Assembly (NCBI GenBank): GCA_015257795.3
Contig: CP072208.2
Span: 60,001-92,000 of the forward strand
Origin: Candidatus Nanogingivalaceae bacterium
Lineage (GTDB): Bacteria; Patescibacteriota; Saccharimonadia; Saccharimonadales; Saccharimonadaceae
DNA length: 32,000 nucleotides
Direction: 5' to 3'
The position numbers were made by a program, and so were the translations under genes. Below, piece by piece: positions 9,359 to 18,776 of this stretch (the first letter of the stretch is position 1; each line of letters begins with the position of its first letter). A model generated the notes under the pieces. It ran no database searches and was not told the origin of the DNA. It worked only from the letters and a program-made list of their open reading frames with translations.

Positions 9359-10408
9359 ATGATTAATATTAAAGGTGTGGGCGATTTCTTCTCGTTAGAT
9401 ATTGGAACGAACGCGATTCGTGCCGTCCAGCTTTCGAAAGCTGGAGAAAATTCTTGGAATTTAATTGGTCTTGGATATACTCCAGTTGACCCTCAATTAG
9501 TTTTGAGTAATTCTGATGAAAGTCGTCGTCGTTTGGGAGAAATTATCTCAACGATGATCGGTCAGAGCGATATTAAAACGAAAAATGTAGCGATTAGTCT
9601 TCCGTCCCAAAAGACATTCACAACAATTTTCGAAGTTCCTAAACAAGATGTTAAGGAATTGCAAAAAAACGTTAGTTATCAAATCGATCAGTATATTCCA
9701 ATGGCTATCGATGACGCTCAGGTCGACTGGGCTCTTCTTGGAGAATCTCTTTCAAATCCAGATTCATTAGAGATTCTACTTGCAAGCACTTCTAAAAACT
9801 TCAGCGAAGAAAAAATGGAATTTGTTGAAGGTTTAGGCTTAAATGTTGTTGCAAGCGAACCTGATTCATTAGCAATGACTCGAGCGCTTTATTCAGGCAA
9901 CCAAAATGGTCAAGCACAATTGATTATTGATATGGGTGAAATTTCAACCGACTTATCAATTGTATACCAAGGTGCTCCAAGACTTGTTCGAACAATTCCA
10001 ACAGGTATTTCAAGCTTAGTTAAATCTGCAACGCAAAACTTAAATATTAAAGAAGATCAAGCGCGACAATTCATTATGAAGTTTGGTCTTGCTCAAGATA
10101 AACTTGAAGGTCAGGTTTTTCATGCTATCGAGATTACACTTGAAAACTTCGTCCAAGAAATTGCCAAGTCAATCAAATTCTTGGGAACAAAATATCAAAA
10201 TGTTCAAGTTGGATCAATTGCGCTTTCAGGTTATTCTGGAATTGTACCGCAAATGCCTGAATATGTTTCTTCAAAGACAGGAATTCAGTCATACTCAGCA
10301 AATCCATTCCAAAATATAAATGTCCCAGCAAAATATCAACAACAAGTTGCAAGTGTTGGTAATGAGTTTGCCGTAGCGATTGGTTTGGCGGAAAGGAACA
10401 ATAAATAA
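9359..10408 (+). CDS. pilM: Type IV pilus assembly protein PilM (actin-like ATPase fold)
   Basis: 349 aa. N-terminus FSLDIGTNAIRAVQL, size, and position directly upstream of a PilN-like gene. Confidence 0.85.
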   Translation: MINIKGVGDFFSLDIGTNAIRAVQLSKAGENSWNLIGLGYTPVDPQLVLSNSDESRRRLGEIISTMIGQSDIKTKNVAISLPSQKTFTTIFEVPKQDVKELQKNVSYQIDQYIPMAIDDAQVDWALLGESLSNPDSLEILLASTSKNFSEEKMEFVEGLGLNVVASEPDSLAMTRALYSGNQNGQAQLIIDMGEISTDLSIVYQGAPRLVRTIPTGISSLVKSATQNLNIKEDQARQFIMKFGLAQDKLEGQVFHAIEITLENFVQEIAKSIKFLGTKYQNVQVGSIALSGYSGIVPQMPEYVSSKTGIQSYSANPFQNINVPAKYQQQVASVGNEFAVAIGLAERNNK

Positions 10409-10409
10409 T

Positions 10410-11177
10410 ATGGTTGAAATTAATCTTTTGCCAGATGTTAAGCGTGATCTTCTTAAAGCGCAACGCCTTCGAAATATTGTTACTTTCGCATCAATTATTA
10501 TTGGTGCTGTAATGCTTGGTGGTGTAGTTTTACTATTTCTAGTAACGCAAGGTCAACAAATTTTTATGGGCTTGAAAAAAGATGAAATTTCAAGCAAATT
10601 TAGCGATATGCAAAAAATTCAAGATGGTGAAACTGCAGCAACGCTTCGAAATCAGCTTAATGCTATTCAAAAAATCCGTGAAGCATCTCCGAATGTTTCG
10701 CGATTGCTCAGCACAGTCATTCCAGCGATTAAAACTACTGGTGAAAATGAAGTTAAGTTTTCATCAGTAAATTATGACCCAGAAACACGGATGGTTTCAG
10801 TTGAAGGTGAAACAAGTAATGGATTTACTGCTCTTGAAGCTTTCATTAAAACAATCAAATACTCACAAGTAATTTACAATAGTGATGATTCAAAATGTAA
10901 ATCATCAGATATTGAAAACAATGCTGATATCTGTAAGCTTGCCGAAGAAGGTTCTGTTGTGCGAACTGAAAGTTCAATTGGCGTAAACGACCAAGGTCAA
11001 AATATTCTACGATTTGCTGTAAAGTTTAAGATTAACGAAGATGCTCTAAAATTCTCATCAAAAGATTTTGCAATCAAATCTCTTGGAAAGAAGAATGTTA
11101 CAGACTCAACAGTTCAAATTCCTGCTGGAATCTTTACGCAAAGTTCAAAGAAAGACTCTGAAAAGGAGAACAAATAA
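10410..11177 (+). CDS. pilN: PilN-like pilus assembly protein
   Basis: Start set at ATG 10410 (MVEINLLPD, the canonical PilN INLLP motif), followed by a single TM helix. The upstream ATG 10380 would overlap pilM. Confidence 0.75.
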   Translation: MVEINLLPDVKRDLLKAQRLRNIVTFASIIIGAVMLGGVVLLFLVTQGQQIFMGLKKDEISSKFSDMQKIQDGETAATLRNQLNAIQKIREASPNVSRLLSTVIPAIKTTGENEVKFSSVNYDPETRMVSVEGETSNGFTALEAFIKTIKYSQVIYNSDDSKCKSSDIENNADICKLAEEGSVVRTESSIGVNDQGQNILRFAVKFKINEDALKFSSKDFAIKSLGKKNVTDSTVQIPAGIFTQSSKKDSEKENK

Positions 11178-12016
11178 TGGGTGAAAATAAAGAAGTAGCT
11201 TTTTTGAAACGAAACGCTATCAATAAAGCGAATCAAACAATGTTTTTAGCTGTTGCTGGCGCAGCGTTGATTGCTGGCGCTTCAGTAGTTGGAATGGTTT
11301 ACCTTTTCAGAATTTATAGCTTTAATACTAAAGTTTTGACTGAACAAGATAAAAGTATTTCAACAATTACACAAAATATTGATAACATTAATGATCTAAA
11401 GAAACGATTAGGATCTTTAGAGACTAACGAAAATCTAAATAAGAAAAATTTGAAATCAAATGCTGATGATGGCGGTTTGCGTGTTATTGCTGACGCGCTT
11501 CCAGATAGTGAAAATGCATCAGGGCTTGGTTCAGCTTTGCAAAAGAAGATTTTTTCTGACGGTGTAGTACTTGATTCATTTAATATTGAATCTTCAGATT
11601 CGAACAGTTTAAGCTCATCAAGCTCAGTGTCGACAAGCTCTTCTAGCGAAAGTAGTAGCATCCCAGATGGTGTAAAAGATATTCAATTTACAGCATCAAT
11701 CTCTTCATCTTTCCCAAATGAAGGATCTCCAGAAGATATTAAAAACCGAGAAACTGCAGCTTATAACAATATAATTAATACTCTTCAGAAGATGGAAAAA
11801 TCTATCCGTGCTATTAACGTTACAAGCTTTAAATTCGAACGATCAATAAATAAATTCACTATAACACTTAGTGCTAAGGCTTATTACTATCCTAAATATG
11901 TAATGACGCTGGATAGCAATAAAGTTAAGGCCGATGATGCTGCAAACCCAGCTACAACTACAAGTGGAACTGGCACGCAGACTAATTCAACAACAACATC
12001 TGGAGGATCAAAATAA
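11177..12016 (+). CDS. PilO-like or unknown bitopic pilus-assembly protein with Ser-rich and Thr-rich low-complexity tracts
   Basis: Single TM helix (FLAVAGAALIAGASVVGMVYLF) then a coiled segment. The PilO assignment rests on position and topology only. Translationally coupled (ATAATG). Confidence 0.5.
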   Translation: MGENKEVAFLKRNAINKANQTMFLAVAGAALIAGASVVGMVYLFRIYSFNTKVLTEQDKSISTITQNIDNINDLKKRLGSLETNENLNKKNLKSNADDGGLRVIADALPDSENASGLGSALQKKIFSDGVVLDSFNIESSDSNSLSSSSSVSTSSSSESSSIPDGVKDIQFTASISSSFPNEGSPEDIKNRETAAYNNIINTLQKMEKSIRAINVTSFKFERSINKFTITLSAKAYYYPKYVMTLDSNKVKADDAANPATTTSGTGTQTNSTTTSGGSK

Positions 12017-12234
12017 TGAAGAAAACTGATATCGCAATGATTGTTTTGATTGCCGGCATTAGCGTTCTTGTGTCATATCTTGTGATTAACTCGATTGCAC
12101 AAGGTGGTTTTAGTGAACAAAGCTATGAAGTTAAAACAACCAAACCAATTTCTAAGGAATACGTTGAACCAAGCAATGAAATCTTTAATGATAACGCTGT
12201 TAATCCAACGGTTCAAGTTAATATTGGACAATAA
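12016..12234 (+). CDS. Small single-pass membrane protein in the pilus operon
   Basis: 72 aa with TM helix IAMIVLIAGISVLVSYLVI. Coupled start (ATAATG). No recognised family. Confidence 0.5.
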   Translation: MKKTDIAMIVLIAGISVLVSYLVINSIAQGGFSEQSYEVKTTKPISKEYVEPSNEIFNDNAVNPTVQVNIGQ

Positions 12235-12267
12235 TTAAAAAAATAATAATTTTTTAGAAGGAATATA

Positions 12268-14037
12268 ATGACATTACTAACCAATGATATTCAAGATAGG
12301 CTTGCAAAACTCCTTGTAGAAGAGGGGCTTGTTCAAGAATCTAAAATTGAGTTGGCTATTAAAGAGGCTGGTTTAAACAATCAGTCTCTAATGTCGTATA
12401 TGATTGAACACAAACTTCTAGATAATGAAATTCTTGTTCATGCAACTTCTCATGTCTCTGGAATTCCATATGTAAATCTTGAGAATACAACAATTCCGCA
12501 AGAAACACTTGATTTAATAAATGTTGATATTGCGGAAAGAAATATGGCCGTGCCGATTGCGGAAGTACAGGGAAGAATTGCTGTGGCGATGCTTGATGCA
12601 ACAAATATTCAGGCCGTCGATTATCTTTCGAGTTTAATTCAGCGTCCATTAAAAGTATTTATGGCGAGCCAAAACTCCATTAAGCATGTTTTGGATCAAT
12701 ATAAAACCGACCTTTCAGGCGTGGATGCTCTAGCTGAAAATGTTGACGCGCAAAAACAAGCCGAGGCGGAATCGAAACGTCAAGTTCAGACGATTGTTCA
12801 AGATTCACCAATCTCAAAAGCGTTAAATACGATTTTAGAATATGCGGTTCGTGCAAAAGCGTCCGATATTCACATCGAGCCACTCGAGAAATCTCTAAAA
12901 ATTCGCTGTCGAATCGATGGCGTTCTGCGTGAGATAATGAATCTTCCGAAAGCGATTGAGCCAGCTTTGATTTCACGAATTAAAATTCTTTCGAATTTAA
13001 AGATCGATGAACACCGAATTCCGCAAGACGGTCAGTTTGCTGTGGCAGTTGGCGGAAAAGAAGTCGACCTTCGTATCGCTATCTCTCCAGTTGTTTGGGG
13101 TGAGCAGGTAGTGATTCGTTTGCTCGATAAAACAGGTAATTCATTTAATCTTGAAGATATGGGTTATGCTGGTCGAGCGCTTCGAACAATCCTAAAAGGA
13201 ATCTCGGCACCAAATGGAATGGTTTTGACCTCTGGTCCAACAGGTTCTGGTAAGTCAACATCGCTTTACGCCTTGATTAAAAAAATTAAAGATGATTCGG
13301 TAAATATTATTACACTTGAAGATCCGGTTGAGTATAAGATGGATGGAGTTAATCAAATTCAGGTGAACGCCGAAGTTGGCCTAACTTTCGCTGCTGGTCT
13401 TCGTTCGATTTTGCGTCTTGACCCAGATATTGTGATGGTCGGAGAAATCCGTGACGGTGAGACTGCGAACCTAGCCGTACAAGCAGCACTTACGGGACAC
13501 TTGGTTTTCTCGACATTGCACACTAACTCTGCTGCTGGAATTCTTCCGCGTTTGATTGATATGGGAATCGAACCCTTCTTAATTGCTTCGACGGTGAATA
13601 CGATTATTGGTCAGCGTTTGGTACGTCGGGTTGCGCCAAAAAGAAACACTTACCAATCTTCGCCACTTCAAACACAAAGTATTATTGAAACCGTTGGCCA
13701 TTTATTGCCAAAAACGCCAGAAGAAGTTGAGAGAGTTTCTGCCGATCTTGGTTATAAAAATCTACCGCTCGCAAATCAAAAATCTTATACTCTTGTGAAA
13801 GGTCGCGATACGCCACAAACACCGGGTGGATATCAAGGTCGTGCAGGTTTGTATGAGGTTATGGAGGTGACAGAAGAAATTCAGCAGCTGATCATCAAGC
13901 ACGCAACTTCACATGAGGTTCAAAAAGTTGCGATGCAACAGGGAATGATTACGATGCGCCAAGACGGTTATCTCAAAGCATTAACAGGAATCACTACAAT
14001 AGAAGAAGTAAACAGGGTTGCGTCTGATAGCGCATAA
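12268..14037 (+). CDS. pilB: Type IV pilus extension ATPase PilB (GspE family)
   Basis: N-terminal GSPII_E_N-like domain. Walker A is GPTGSGKSTSLYA, with an Asp box, Walker B (DPDIVMVGEIRD) and His box (GHLVFSTLHTN). Confidence 0.92.
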   Translation: MTLLTNDIQDRLAKLLVEEGLVQESKIELAIKEAGLNNQSLMSYMIEHKLLDNEILVHATSHVSGIPYVNLENTTIPQETLDLINVDIAERNMAVPIAEVQGRIAVAMLDATNIQAVDYLSSLIQRPLKVFMASQNSIKHVLDQYKTDLSGVDALAENVDAQKQAEAESKRQVQTIVQDSPISKALNTILEYAVRAKASDIHIEPLEKSLKIRCRIDGVLREIMNLPKAIEPALISRIKILSNLKIDEHRIPQDGQFAVAVGGKEVDLRIAISPVVWGEQVVIRLLDKTGNSFNLEDMGYAGRALRTILKGISAPNGMVLTSGPTGSGKSTSLYALIKKIKDDSVNIITLEDPVEYKMDGVNQIQVNAEVGLTFAAGLRSILRLDPDIVMVGEIRDGETANLAVQAALTGHLVFSTLHTNSAAGILPRLIDMGIEPFLIASTVNTIIGQRLVRRVAPKRNTYQSSPLQTQSIIETVGHLLPKTPEEVERVSADLGYKNLPLANQKSYTLVKGRDTPQTPGGYQGRAGLYEVMEVTEEIQQLIIKHATSHEVQKVAMQQGMITMRQDGYLKALTGITTIEEVNRVASDSA

Positions 14038-14051
14038 AAAAGGGGAGAAAT

Positions 14052-15119
14052 ATGAATCAAAATTTAAGAATTGAAATTTTACTTGAAGAAATCGTTCGAA
14101 AAAATGCGAGCGACCTTCATTTACAAGTTGGTTTGCCACCAATGATGCGTTTAGACGGTGTTTTGACGGCATTTCCAGGGTATAATCCGCTAAATGCTGA
14201 AGAGGTTGAACGGTTAGTTTTTGCTATTCTTGACGATGATCAACAAAAAATCTTGATCAAAGATAAAGAATTTGACTTTTCTTTCGCTTTTGGTGATCTT
14301 GGTCGTTTTCGTGTGAATGCTTTTCATGAGCGCGGAAATTTAGCAGCTTCATTGCGTTTGATTCCAAATCAAATTAAAACAATTGCTGAGCTAGGTATGC
14401 CACCAGTTATTCAATCTTTTGCGGATTTCCCACGAGGATTAGTTTTGGTTACAGGTCCAACAGGTTCTGGTAAGTCAACAACTTTGGCTGCATTGATCGA
14501 TAAAATCAATAACGAAAAAGCTCAGCACATCATTACAATTGAAGACCCAATTGAATTTACGCACAAATCAAAACGCTCTGCAATTGTTCAGCGTGAAGTT
14601 CATTATGATACATATTCATTCTCGGCCGCACTTCGAAGTGCACTTCGTCAGGACCCGGATGTTGTTTTGATTGGTGAGATGCGTGATCTCGAAACTATTT
14701 CTGCAGCGATTACAATTGCTGAAACTGGACACTTAGTATTTGCAACTCTTCACACCAACTCCGCTTCGCAATCTATCGATCGTATGATCGACGTTTTCCC
14801 GCCACACCAACAACCTCAAATTCGTTCACAACTTGCAAACATTATTCAAGGAATTTGTGCTCAACGGCTTGTGCCTGCGATTGGCGGTGGTCGAGTTGTT
14901 GCGGCTGAAGTTATGGTTGCAAACCCTGCAATTCGAAATATTATTCGTGAAGGTAAATCTCACCAACTTGATACAATAATCCAAACTGGTGGAGATCAGG
15001 GAATGCAGACAATGGATCGTACGCTTGTTAAACTTGTGCAATCTGGTGTAGTAACTTATGATGATGCGCGTGAGTTCGCAGTTGATTTAGTTGAATTTGA
15101 AAGATTAATGAGAGGCTAA
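14052..15119 (+). CDS. pilT: Twitching-motility retraction ATPase PilT
   Basis: 355 aa. ASDLHLQVGLPPMMRLDG, Walker A GPTGSGKSTTLAA, DPDVVLIGEMRD, GHLVFATLHTNSA, and a PilT-type AIRNIIREGK motif. Confidence 0.93.
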   Translation: MNQNLRIEILLEEIVRKNASDLHLQVGLPPMMRLDGVLTAFPGYNPLNAEEVERLVFAILDDDQQKILIKDKEFDFSFAFGDLGRFRVNAFHERGNLAASLRLIPNQIKTIAELGMPPVIQSFADFPRGLVLVTGPTGSGKSTTLAALIDKINNEKAQHIITIEDPIEFTHKSKRSAIVQREVHYDTYSFSAALRSALRQDPDVVLIGEMRDLETISAAITIAETGHLVFATLHTNSASQSIDRMIDVFPPHQQPQIRSQLANIIQGICAQRLVPAIGGGRVVAAEVMVANPAIRNIIREGKSHQLDTIIQTGGDQGMQTMDRTLVKLVQSGVVTYDDAREFAVDLVEFERLMRG

Positions 15120-15120
15120 A

Positions 15121-16326
15121 ATGAAAAAATTTTCTTACAAAGTAAAAGATAAAGTTACTGGAAAGATTGTTAAGGGTGAAATTTCGGCAGACAGCAAGCG
15201 CGCTGCCGGAAAAGCCTTGATTGATCAAGGGTATATTCTTCAAGATGATATCTATGAAGTTGGTCAAGAAAATCCGTTAAATCGATTTTTAAATCGAATT
15301 ACAACTAAAGATAAAATTGTTTTCACTCGTCAGTTTGCCACTCTGATTGGTGCTGGTTTGCCACTAGCCCAAGCTCTTCGAACAATTTCAGAACAGACTG
15401 AAAATAAAAAAATGCGTTCAGTTATTGATGAAATTTTAGCTTCTGTTGAGAGTGGCTCGAGTTTGAAAGATGCTTTTTCGAAATTTCCAGAAGTGTTTGA
15501 TAAGGTTTATCTTGCCTTGATTGCTGCCGGTGAAATGTCGGGAACGCTTGACGAATCTCTTCGCCGTATTGCAACACAACAAGAAAAAGATGCTGCAATG
15601 ATGAGTAAAATTCGGGGAGCTTTAACTTATCCAATTATTGTGCTTGTAGTTATTGCGCTCGTGATGGCTTTCATGATGGTTCAAGTTGTGCCACAAGTTA
15701 AACAGCTCTATAAAGATATGCACCAAACTTTGCCAATGGCGACAGAAATCCTTATAGGTATTTCAGATTTTATGATTAATTTTTGGTGGCTTGTCATTAT
15801 TATCGCTGGTATTGGTGGATACTTCTTCCGTCAATATCTTAAAACTGAACCAGGAATTAAATTCGCTGCGAACTTCAAATTGAATGTTCCGCTATTTAGT
15901 CCGCTTTTTCGAAAGCTTTATATGGCTCGATTTACGCGAACTGGCCAGCTTTTGCTTTCAACTGGCGTTCAAATGCTTGATATGTTGAATATTTGTGGCG
16001 ATGCGATGAATAACGTTGTTGTTAAGAAAAGTGTTGATGACGCCGCTAAGCTCGTTCAGGGTGGTAAAAGTCTTTCTGAATCACTAAAAGGCAAGGATTA
16101 CATCTTGGATATGGTTCCACAAATGATTAATATTGGTGAACAATCTGGTAAAATCGATGAAATGCTTGGCAAAACAGCTCAAGTTTATGAAGACGAACTA
16201 GACGAACAAATTAAAGCAATTTCAACTTTGATTGAACCTATCTTGATGGTTGTAATGGCATTAATGGCCGGTGGTTTGATTGGTGCAATCTTGTTCCCAA
16301 TCTACTCATTGGTTACAAAAGTTTAA
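15121..16326 (+). CDS. pilC: Type IV pilus platform protein PilC (GspF family)
   Basis: 401 aa with two GspF repeats (FTRQFATLIGAGLPLAQAL ... ; FTRTGQLLLSTGVQMLDML) and three TM segments. Confidence 0.92.
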   Translation: MKKFSYKVKDKVTGKIVKGEISADSKRAAGKALIDQGYILQDDIYEVGQENPLNRFLNRITTKDKIVFTRQFATLIGAGLPLAQALRTISEQTENKKMRSVIDEILASVESGSSLKDAFSKFPEVFDKVYLALIAAGEMSGTLDESLRRIATQQEKDAAMMSKIRGALTYPIIVLVVIALVMAFMMVQVVPQVKQLYKDMHQTLPMATEILIGISDFMINFWWLVIIIAGIGGYFFRQYLKTEPGIKFAANFKLNVPLFSPLFRKLYMARFTRTGQLLLSTGVQMLDMLNICGDAMNNVVVKKSVDDAAKLVQGGKSLSESLKGKDYILDMVPQMINIGEQSGKIDEMLGKTAQVYEDELDEQIKAISTLIEPILMVVMALMAGGLIGAILFPIYSLVTKV

Positions 16327-16343
16327 TTTTCGAAAGGAAGAGA

Positions 16344-17243
16344 GTGGAGAATTTTCTATTAAGTTTATGTTTTGGGGCGCTCGGTACTGTTTTTGGCAGT
16401 TTTGCTGTAGCTCAAGTTTGGCGGTTACGTGCCAAGCAGCTTCAAGATGAAAAAGCTTCTGGCGAAAAAATCGACGCCGTCGAATGGAAAAAACTCCGCT
16501 CGCTCGTTTCGGTTAGCCCAAAAAATGATCGTTCGCATTGTTTAAATTGTGGCTATCAACTAAAATGGTATGATTTAATTCCGATTATCTCTTGGCTTTC
16601 ACTTGGTGGAAAATGCCGTAAATGCCGCTCAAAAATTGGTGCAACTGAATTTTTAGCTGAAGTTTCAATGTTCGCGCTTTTTGTAATTATTTTCCTAGTT
16701 TTTAGTCCATTATCTGGTACAGGATTTTCGCTTTTTGGATTATTTAGGCTTTTGATTCTGTTTTTGGCGTTTATTCCGCTCGCAATTATGTTTATTTATG
16801 ATGCAAAATGGTCGCTCCTACCGACTAAAGTTATTTGGATTTTTAATTTTCTTGCATTCATTTATTGGATAACAGCATTCGCTAACACCACAAATGGTTT
16901 TAATCTTTTCTCGATATTTAATATCGCAATCTCAATGGCGCTTTTTCCACTAGTTTATTTTGTGCTAGCCAAAATTTCGAAAGAAGAATGGGTTGGTGGT
17001 GGCGATTGGATTTTAGCGATCGGTTTGATTTTTCTTTTACCAAATCAGCCAATCTTTGCAATGCTTTTATTGTTCCTTTCGAATTTTGTCGGTTTAATTT
17101 TTGCGCTGCTCCAATCAATCCTGCAATTTAAAAAAGTTAAACGGGGAATAAGAATTCCTTTTGGCCCAGCTATGATTTTGGCTACATTGATTTTGTTAAT
17201 CTTCCAGCAATTTTTATTAATTTTTACAAGTTTTATTATGTAA
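16344..17243 (+). CDS. pilD: Prepilin peptidase (A24 family, PilD-like)
   Basis: GTG start with RBS aggaag. N-terminal Cys-rich DiS_P_DiS region (CLNCGYQLKWYDLIPIISW...CRKCRSKI). Polytopic, with catalytic-type Asp contexts (YDAKW, GGGDWIL). Confidence 0.88.
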   Translation: MENFLLSLCFGALGTVFGSFAVAQVWRLRAKQLQDEKASGEKIDAVEWKKLRSLVSVSPKNDRSHCLNCGYQLKWYDLIPIISWLSLGGKCRKCRSKIGATEFLAEVSMFALFVIIFLVFSPLSGTGFSLFGLFRLLILFLAFIPLAIMFIYDAKWSLLPTKVIWIFNFLAFIYWITAFANTTNGFNLFSIFNIAISMALFPLVYFVLAKISKEEWVGGGDWILAIGLIFLLPNQPIFAMLLLFLSNFVGLIFALLQSILQFKKVKRGIRIPFGPAMILATLILLIFQQFLLIFTSFIM

Positions 17244-17258
17244 AATTAAAAAAGCTTA

Positions 17259-17267
17259 TGGTATAAT
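17259..17267 (+). promoter_or_regulatory. Possible internal extended -10 element (TGgTATAAT) ahead of the first pilin gene
   Basis: tggtataat at 17259-17267, 10 nt before ATG 17278. An aggag SD lies between them, so it would only serve read-through transcripts. Confidence 0.4.
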
Positions 17268-17277
17268 AGGAGTAATT

Positions 17278-18174
17278 ATGAAAAACTTAAAGACGAAAAA
17301 AGCTTTTACAATTATTGAAGTAATGCTGGTTGTTAGCATTTCTGGTTTAATGTTGGTAACAATGCTAGTTGGTTGGAATGCTAATATTGAACGCCAACGC
17401 TATAACGATTCTGTGAACACTTTTAAATCAGATATTCAGGGAATTTTTAGCGATGTCGAAAATCAAACAAACGACAAAAACCAACGAATTAACTGTAACA
17501 CAAACGGTGATAATATTAGCATTAGTAAGAGTGAAGGTAATAGTGGTGCATTAACTGGTGCAAGTGATTGTATTATCTTAGGTAAATATATCTCATTCTC
17601 TAGTGATGGAAATGCAACGAATGGCCAGGACACCTATCAGGTCTATGATGTCATTGGTAAAGATATTAATGTTAATCGAGATTGTAATAATAATGGTCCT
17701 TGCAATAATAACTTGGATGCTCTAAGAGCTACAAAGTTTGTTTTGGATGGGGGAATTAACCAAATTAATGGCCCTAAAAATATGGAACTTCAATGGCGTG
17801 CACAATTTAAGAATGTTACAGATAGTCGAGTAGGTATTTTAATCTTAAGGTCACCATTAGATAATTCAATTGTGGTTTTTGGTGCTTCGGGAACTATTAA
17901 CAATACTACTCTTAATAATCCAAGAATTATCTTTAGTTTTCGAGATTTTAGTCTTAATCAAAGCTGGGTTGTTACTGATAGAAATACTATGAATATTTGC
18001 GTTCGACCTACTAGTGCGGGGTCTGGTGGATTTAACTTTTTTGGTGGTAGAAATAAGATTGTTAAAATTGGTTCTTCAGCTTCTTCAGTTGAAATTGCAC
18101 CACTAGATGGACCAAACGGCTCTTCTTGTGGAAGCGATTTTAATGATGTAATAATTAATGGAGCGAAATTATAA
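17278..18174 (+). CDS. Prepilin-type N-terminal cleavage/methylation domain protein (large pilin or pseudopilin)
   Basis: Class III signal MKNLKTKKA|FTIIEVMLVVSISGLML with Glu at +5. 298 aa with an Asn/Cys-containing globular part. Confidence 0.85.
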   Translation: MKNLKTKKAFTIIEVMLVVSISGLMLVTMLVGWNANIERQRYNDSVNTFKSDIQGIFSDVENQTNDKNQRINCNTNGDNISISKSEGNSGALTGASDCIILGKYISFSSDGNATNGQDTYQVYDVIGKDINVNRDCNNNGPCNNNLDALRATKFVLDGGINQINGPKNMELQWRAQFKNVTDSRVGILILRSPLDNSIVVFGASGTINNTTLNNPRIIFSFRDFSLNQSWVVTDRNTMNICVRPTSAGSGGFNFFGGRNKIVKIGSSASSVEIAPLDGPNGSSCGSDFNDVIINGAKL

Positions 18175-18776
18175 TGAAAACTCAAAAAGGTGATACACTA
18201 GTTGAAGTTCTTCTTGCTATGGCAGTTTTTGCTGTAGTAATGATGATTGGGCTATCAGCAATGAATAATGGAATGTCACGAGCTTTAGCAAGCTTGCAAC
18301 TAACAATGGCACGCAACACAATGGATTCACAGGCCGAAGCTTTACGCTTTGCAAATGCAGCATATATTTCAGAATTTCGTTCCGACGGGGGAGCTGTAAC
18401 TAGTGCGGCAGCTCGGGTTTGGCAAGAACAGCTAACTAAAGGAGCGAAAGGCGCAGCTACTCGACTTGCCGATTGTAAACGGGACGATGCGAATGCATTT
18501 GTGCTATCGCGTAGTGATTTATCTTATCATAGTAATGGGATAACAAATGCAGTAACCTATCCGCGAATAGCTTATGGAGATGATGCGGATTCAAACGCAA
18601 TCACAAATTCAAATACTGATTATAAGAGGGCTGAAGGTATTTGGGTTGAAAAAGTTCATCTGGCTAATACAAATTATTATGATTTTCATATCCGTGCTTG
18701 TTGGTCTGCACCGGGAAGCAATGTTAATACAACACTTGGAACGATTGTGAGGTTATATGATCCAGCAAGCAAATAA
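18174..18776 (+). CDS. Prepilin-type protein (minor-pilin-like)
   Basis: MKTQKG|DTLVEVLLAMAVFAVVMMIGL has Glu at +5 but Asp at +1. Coupled start (ATAATG). Confidence 0.75.
   Translation: MKTQKGDTLVEVLLAMAVFAVVMMIGLSAMNNGMSRALASLQLTMARNTMDSQAEALRFANAAYISEFRSDGGAVTSAAARVWQEQLTKGAKGAATRLADCKRDDANAFVLSRSDLSYHSNGITNAVTYPRIAYGDDADSNAITNSNTDYKRAEGIWVEKVHLANTNYYDFHIRACWSAPGSNVNTTLGTIVRLYDPASK

Noticed and set aside
11590-11660. Ser-codon-rich tract (SSDSNSLSSSSSVSTSSSSESSS) in the PilO-like gene as a possible slippage-prone repeat or phase-variation site.
   Set aside because: The underlying DNA mixes agc, tca, tcg, tct and agt codons and is not a perfect short tandem repeat. It is better explained as a low-complexity linker.
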